Shown one piece after another: positions 49,041-53,917 of a DNA stretch of 53,917 nucleotides. Below the pieces are notes generated by a model. The model saw only the letters and a program-made list of their open reading frames with translations, did not search any database and had not been told where the DNA came from. The translations under genes were made by a program, and so were the position numbers. The stretch comes from Methanobrevibacter sp. (lineage in GTDB: Archaea; Methanobacteriota; Methanobacteria; Methanobacteriales; Methanobacteriaceae), in the NCBI RefSeq assembly GCF_045586545.1, contig NZ_JAZNAN010000064.1, positions 1 through 53,917 of the forward strand. The letters are read 5' to 3'. Numbering within the stretch: position 1 is the stretch's first letter; each line of letters begins with the position of its first letter.

Positions 49041-51044
49041 ATGAATTCTACTGCTAAATCACAAACATCAATTGCAAAATTTGAAGAATTTTTTGCAACA
49101 TCATATAAAGATGATGTGTTTGAAATCCTCGAAAAATATCCGGATGAAAGATCACTTAATGTAGATTACCAATCTTTAGAAATATTTGATCCAAACTTGG
49201 CAGATTTATTGATTGAGAAACCTGAGGAAGTTATTGAAGCTGCACAATTAGCTATTAAAAATATTGACCCACTCGTTAAAGATGCTGACATTAACATCCG
49301 TTTTGAAAATCTTTCAAATGTAATCCAATTAAAAGACCTGTTAAGTAAATACATCGGGACCTTCGTTGCAGCTGATGGAATTGTGAGAAAAACCGATGAA
49401 ATAAGACCTCGTATCGAAACTGGTGTTTTCGAATGCAGAGGCTGTATGAGACTACATGAAGTTGAACAAAGTTCCGGAAATAGAATAATAGAACCTTCCC
49501 TATGCAGCGAATGTGGAGGAAGATCATTTAGATTGCTTCAAGAGGAATCTAAATATATTGATACACAAACTGCAAGGATGCAAGAGCCATTGGAAAATCT
49601 ATCTGGAGGAAGCGAACCTAAGCAAATGTTAATGATTTTAGAGGACGATTTAGTAGACAAATTAAATCCAGGAGACAAAGTAAGAATTACTGGAACATTA
49701 AAAACCTTCAGAGAGGAAAGAAGCGGCAAATTCAAAAATTATATCTACGTTAATCATATCGAACCGCTTGAGCAAGAATTTGAAGAATTGCACCTTTCAG
49801 AAGAGGATGAAGAAAAGATTATAGAATTGTCCCAAGACCCAAATATTTATGAAAAAATTATCAAGTCAACTGCCCCATCAATTAGGGGATACAGAGAAGT
49901 TAAAGAGGCAATTGCACTTCAATTGTTTGGAGGGGCTGCAAAACAGCTTGAAGATGAAACAAAATTGAGAGGAGATATCCACATCCTTATTGTAGGGGAC
50001 CCAGGTATCGGTAAATCTCAAATATTGAAATATGTTTCAAGATTAGCTCCAAGAAGTATTTATACAAGTGGTAAAGGTACAAGTGGTGCCGGTTTAACTG
50101 CAGCAGCAGTTAGAGATGAACTTGGAGGATGGTCTCTGGAAGCAGGTGCATTAGTACTTGGGGACCAAGGTAACGTTTGTGTTGACGAGCTTGACAAAAT
50201 GAGAGCAGAAGACAGATCTGCACTTCACGAAGCTTTAGAACAACAAACAGTAAGTATTGCAAAAGCAGGAATTATGGCAACATTAAATTCAAGATGTTCC
50301 GTTCTTGCAGCAGCAAACCCTAAATTCGGAAGATTTGACAGATATAAAGTGCTTGCAGAACAAATTGATCTGCCCGCCCCAATTATTTCCCGTTTCGATT
50401 TGATTTTTGTAATTGAAGATAAACCAAGCAAGGAAGGGGATTCAAAATTAGCAGACCACATCCTAAAAATACATAAAGAGAATACTGTGGAATATGAAAT
50501 TGAACCCGAATTGCTCAGAAAATATATTGCATACGCTCGTAAAAACATCAGCCCAAAATTGACTGATGAAGCTAACCAAATTTTAAAAGAGTTTTATGTA
50601 AGTACCAGAAATAGTAATCCTGAAGAGCAGGGTGCTGTTCCTATTACAGCAAGACAGCTAGAAGCTATTATTCGTTTAGCTGAAGCCAGCGCTAAAGTTA
50701 AACTTAAAGATACTGTTGATAGAGAAGATGCTGAAAAAGCTGTAAAATTAACATTATTCTGTCTTAAAGATGTGGGAGTTGATCCTGAAACTGGAGAGAT
50801 AGATGCTGAAATCCTCAGTGGAGGTACTCCAAAATCTGATAGAGACAAAATTCAAAGAGTAACTGATGAAATTAAACTCCTTGAAGAGGAATATGCTGGT
50901 CAAGCTCCTTTAAATGTGTTAATTTCAAATATGAGTGAAAAATATGGAGTAAGTGAAGACAAAACAGAACAAATTGTCAGAAACTTAGTTCAAAAAGGAG
51001 TTATTTACCAACCAACTACTGGATACTTTAGACGTGTAGTCTAA
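49041..51044 (+). CDS. mcm: Replicative helicase MCM (no intein)
   Basis: C4 zinc finger, [26 protein letters not shown]. Confidence 0.99.
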   Translation: MNSTAKSQTSIAKFEEFFATSYKDDVFEILEKYPDERSLNVDYQSLEIFDPNLADLLIEKPEEVIEAAQLAIKNIDPLVKDADINIRFENLSNVIQLKDLLSKYIGTFVAADGIVRKTDEIRPRIETGVFECRGCMRLHEVEQSSGNRIIEPSLCSECGGRSFRLLQEESKYIDTQTARMQEPLENLSGGSEPKQMLMILEDDLVDKLNPGDKVRITGTLKTFREERSGKFKNYIYVNHIEPLEQEFEELHLSEEDEEKIIELSQDPNIYEKIIKSTAPSIRGYREVKEAIALQLFGGAAKQLEDETKLRGDIHILIVGDPGIGKSQILKYVSRLAPRSIYTSGKGTSGAGLTAAAVRDELGGWSLEAGALVLGDQGNVCVDELDKMRAEDRSALHEALEQQTVSIAKAGIMATLNSRCSVLAAANPKFGRFDRYKVLAEQIDLPAPIISRFDLIFVIEDKPSKEGDSKLADHILKIHKENTVEYEIEPELLRKYIAYARKNISPKLTDEANQILKEFYVSTRNSNPEEQGAVPITARQLEAIIRLAEASAKVKLKDTVDREDAEKAVKLTLFCLKDVGVDPETGEIDAEILSGGTPKSDRDKIQRVTDEIKLLEEEYAGQAPLNVLISNMSEKYGVSEDKTEQIVRNLVQKGVIYQPTTGYFRRVV

Positions 51045-51168
51045 ATATCCTAAACTTTTTCTTTTTTTAAATTTTTTACCAGAATTTTCGAAATAACAAT
51101 ACATTAATATAATATTAAAACTAAATTTAATATATTATACTTATACTAATTTTATAAGGAGAGATAAT

Positions 51169-51576
51169 ATGGACAAATACGAAGATTTATTAGAAAGAGC
51201 AATAGACCAATTACCTCCTGAAGTATTTGAACACAAAAGATTCAAAATTCCTAAAGCTTATTCAGATATCCAAGGTAATAGAACATTTATTAAAAACTTT
51301 AAAGATGTTGCAGAAGGTTTGAATAGAGACCCTCAACATTTATTAAAATTCTTAATGAGAGAATTAGGTACTGCAGGAAATATTGAAGGTCAAAGAGCAA
51401 TTTTACAAGGTAAATTTACACACTACTTAATTAATGAAAGAATTGAAGACTATGTAGACAAATATGTAATTTGCCACGAATGTAACAGACCAGATACAAG
51501 AATTATCAGAGAAGGAAGAATTTTCTTACTTAAATGTGCTGCATGCGGTGCAACAGCACCTTTAAAATCTTTATAA
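51169..51576 (+). CDS. eif2b: Translation initiation factor aIF-2 beta subunit
   Basis: [25 protein letters not shown]. Confidence 0.96.
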   Translation: MDKYEDLLERAIDQLPPEVFEHKRFKIPKAYSDIQGNRTFIKNFKDVAEGLNRDPQHLLKFLMRELGTAGNIEGQRAILQGKFTHYLINERIEDYVDKYVICHECNRPDTRIIREGRIFLLKCAACGATAPLKSL

Positions 51577-51607
51577 TCCTTCTTTTTATTTTATTTTTAC
51601 AGATATT

Positions 51608-52651
51608 ATGTTTTGTCCAGAGTGCGGAAGTACAGATAAAGAAATGGTTGGCGATGTCTGTATTGACTGTTTTTTAAAAGAATTTCAAATGATTGAAGTT
51701 CCTAAACGCATTGAAGTTCAGATTTGTAGCCACTGCAACAGTAAACTTGAAGAAGGCAAATGGAGTGATGAATTCATTCCTGAAGAAGAAATAATTTATA
51801 GAGCACTCGAAAGAAACATAAAAGTAGCTGATGAAGTTTCAAATGAAAATATTGTCCTTGGAATTGAACAGATTAAAGGGACACTCGCCAGTTGTACTGT
51901 TGAAGCTATAGGGGAAGTTCATGGAGTTCAAATTGAAGAGAATTATGATACAGAAGTTAAAATCCTTAAAACTGTTTGTCCAACTTGCAGTAAAATACAA
52001 TCCGGATATTATGAAGTTGTAGTGCAGTTTAGAGCCGACAACAGGGAAATAAAAGAAGAAGAATATGCTAAAGCTGATGAAATAGTTGAAAGGACTTTAA
52101 TAAAACAATCCAAAAACGATAAACTAGCATACTGTCCGCAAATAGCTAAATTGAAAGAAGGATACGATTACTATATCGGATCTTTTAAATCTGGTGAAAA
52201 AGTAGCTGAAGCATTGATGGAAGAATTTGGAGGCATACTCAAAAAATCTCCAAGACTCATTAGCGAAGATAAGTCCACCGGAAAAGGCCTTTATAGGATT
52301 TGGATTTCAGTTAGAATTCCTGAATTTGAAACTAATGATTTCATAAAATATGATAACAAAATAATGCAGGTGCATAGTATTAGTAAAAATAGTCTTGTTG
52401 GCGCGGAAATTTCAACAGATAAAAAGCACAATATCCCTATGAAAAATATGGAAGACATTGAGCTCATTAAAAAGTCAGATGAAATTGAAACCACAACTGT
52501 TATTTCAAAATCTCCTCAATTTATACAAATATTGGATCCGGTTGATTACTCTGCCGTTGACATTAACATGAAAGAAGAGTACTCTAATTTCAATATTGGG
52601 GATGAAGTAAAGCTTATTAGAATTAATGATTACATCTATTTAGTGAATTAA
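51608..52651 (+). CDS. NMD3-family ribosome biogenesis protein
   Basis: FCPECG..C..C, C..C, C..C...GYYE.VVQ.R. Confidence 0.9.
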   Translation: MFCPECGSTDKEMVGDVCIDCFLKEFQMIEVPKRIEVQICSHCNSKLEEGKWSDEFIPEEEIIYRALERNIKVADEVSNENIVLGIEQIKGTLASCTVEAIGEVHGVQIEENYDTEVKILKTVCPTCSKIQSGYYEVVVQFRADNREIKEEEYAKADEIVERTLIKQSKNDKLAYCPQIAKLKEGYDYYIGSFKSGEKVAEALMEEFGGILKKSPRLISEDKSTGKGLYRIWISVRIPEFETNDFIKYDNKIMQVHSISKNSLVGAEISTDKKHNIPMKNMEDIELIKKSDEIETTTVISKSPQFIQILDPVDYSAVDINMKEEYSNFNIGDEVKLIRINDYIYLVN

Positions 52652-52659
52652 GTGATAAA

Positions 52660-53622
52660 ATGAATATTGAAGAAAAAATTCAGTTAATTGAGAATGGTAC
52701 CTTAGAAATTATAGATTCAGAAGAATTAAAAGAAGTTCTTGCTAAAGATGAACCTATAGCTTATACCGGTTATGAACCTTCAGGTAAAATCCATTTAGGT
52801 CATGCAGTAACAGTGCAAAAATTAAAACAACTACAAAAGCTAGGTTTTAAAATTAAAATCCTTTTAGCAGATTACCATGCATTCTTAAATGGGAAAGGAA
52901 CAATTGAAGAAATATCTGAAACCGCTGAATATAACAAAAAATGTTTCCAAGCACTTGGTCTTGATGAAACAACTGAATTTGTCTTAGGTTCCTCTTTCCA
53001 ATTAGAACCAGATTACACCGATAAAGTTTATCAATTAGCTACTATGACCACTTTAAAAAGAGCAAGAAGAAGTATGGATCAAGTAAGTCGTGCAGATGAC
53101 AATCCAAAAGTGGCCAGTGTAATTTATCCTATTATGCAAACCGTTGACATGGCTGCTTTAGAAGTTGATGTTGCTCTTGGAGGAATGGAACAGAGAAAAA
53201 TCCAAATGTTAGCGCGTGAAAACTTAGAAAAGATTGGCGAAAATGTTCCTGTTTGTATTCACACCCCATTATTACACGGTCTTGATGGCGATGCTAAAAT
53301 GTCATCCAGTAAAGGAAACTACATTGCAGTTGATGATTCTGTTGAAGAAATCACTAAGAAAATCAAGAAAAGTTTCTGTCCACAAGGGGAAGTTGAAGGA
53401 AATCCGATGATTGAAATTGCAGAAACCTTTGTTTTCCCAAATCAAGAAAAATTACTTATCAAAAGACCTGAGAAATTTGGTGGAGATATTGAACTTACTC
53501 ATGATGAACTAATTAAAGACTTTAGTGAAGGTAATTTACATCCAATGGATTTAAAAAATGGAATTAAAGATTTCTTAATTGAATTCTTTGCTCCAGTAAG
53601 AGAATACATGGAGGTAAATTAA
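52660..53622 (+). CDS. tyrS: Tyrosine--tRNA ligase (archaeal type)
   Basis: [30 protein letters not shown]. Confidence 0.98.
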   Translation: MNIEEKIQLIENGTLEIIDSEELKEVLAKDEPIAYTGYEPSGKIHLGHAVTVQKLKQLQKLGFKIKILLADYHAFLNGKGTIEEISETAEYNKKCFQALGLDETTEFVLGSSFQLEPDYTDKVYQLATMTTLKRARRSMDQVSRADDNPKVASVIYPIMQTVDMAALEVDVALGGMEQRKIQMLARENLEKIGENVPVCIHTPLLHGLDGDAKMSSSKGNYIAVDDSVEEITKKIKKSFCPQGEVEGNPMIEIAETFVFPNQEKLLIKRPEKFGGDIELTHDELIKDFSEGNLHPMDLKNGIKDFLIEFFAPVREYMEVN

Positions 53623-53826
53623 ATGGAAGAAAAAGAAGAATTTCAAATGGGATTGCCGAACGGCGTTGGAGAAGCAATGCTTGCACATGCAATAGAAAAG
53701 TTTGATGTGAAACTTGAACACGGAGAATATGGGCCAAGACTTATAGGTTCTTATGAAGAACTTGCAAAAGCAAAACAGTTTTTAGCAGACGCCATTGCTG
53801 AAAGATTAAAAGAATTGGAAGGATGA
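53623..53826 (+). CDS. Small hypothetical protein
   Basis: SD GGAGGT, directly follows tyrS; hairpin and T-tract downstream. Confidence 0.75.
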   Translation: MEEKEEFQMGLPNGVGEAMLAHAIEKFDVKLEHGEYGPRLIGSYEELAKAKQFLADAIAERLKELEG

Positions 53827-53917
53827 TTAATCCTCCAATTACAATTTTTTAGAAAATACTAATCCATCACAACTATCTGAAAGAAAAATATATAAATAAC
53901 AGATTTATTTACAAAAT

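Noticed and set aside
49041-51044. Intein in MCM, or replication origin nearby
   Set aside because: 667 aa with contiguous motifs leaves no room for an intein; no cdc6 or repeated ORB-like boxes seen.

Overview
AT-rich archaeal chromosomal DNA, almost certainly from a Methanobrevibacter-type methanogen (mcm, aIF-2beta, NMD3, archaeal tyrS, purP, nucS, McrA-type ycaO/tfuA). About 15.5-53.9 kb is mostly ordinary core genome. The first ~15.5 kb is accessory: the 3' end of an IS200/IS605 tnpB element, then a bacterial-type secondary-metabolite island of two divergent operons: [esterase <- MATE-HATPase fusion <- bimodular NRPS with terminal reductase] and [STAS -> RsbW-like kinase -> membrane PP2C phosphatase -> Sfp PPTase]. 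Features not in the ORF track: (i) a 20-aa aromatic-rich peptide ORF (MDFFDFIDWRRWWTVPGYPF) with a perfect Shine-Dalgarno, just upstream of the NRPS; (ii) two inward-facing, covarying IS200/IS605 right-end hairpins exactly bracketing the island, each supplying the stop codon of a terminal gene; (iii) loss of the amino-binding Asp in NRPS A-domain 1; (iv) a degenerate kinase domain on the exporter, suggesting the partner switch controls export rather than a sigma factor; (v) a surface-protein gene interrupted at a C7 tract. All calls come from motif recognition by eye; no database search was run.
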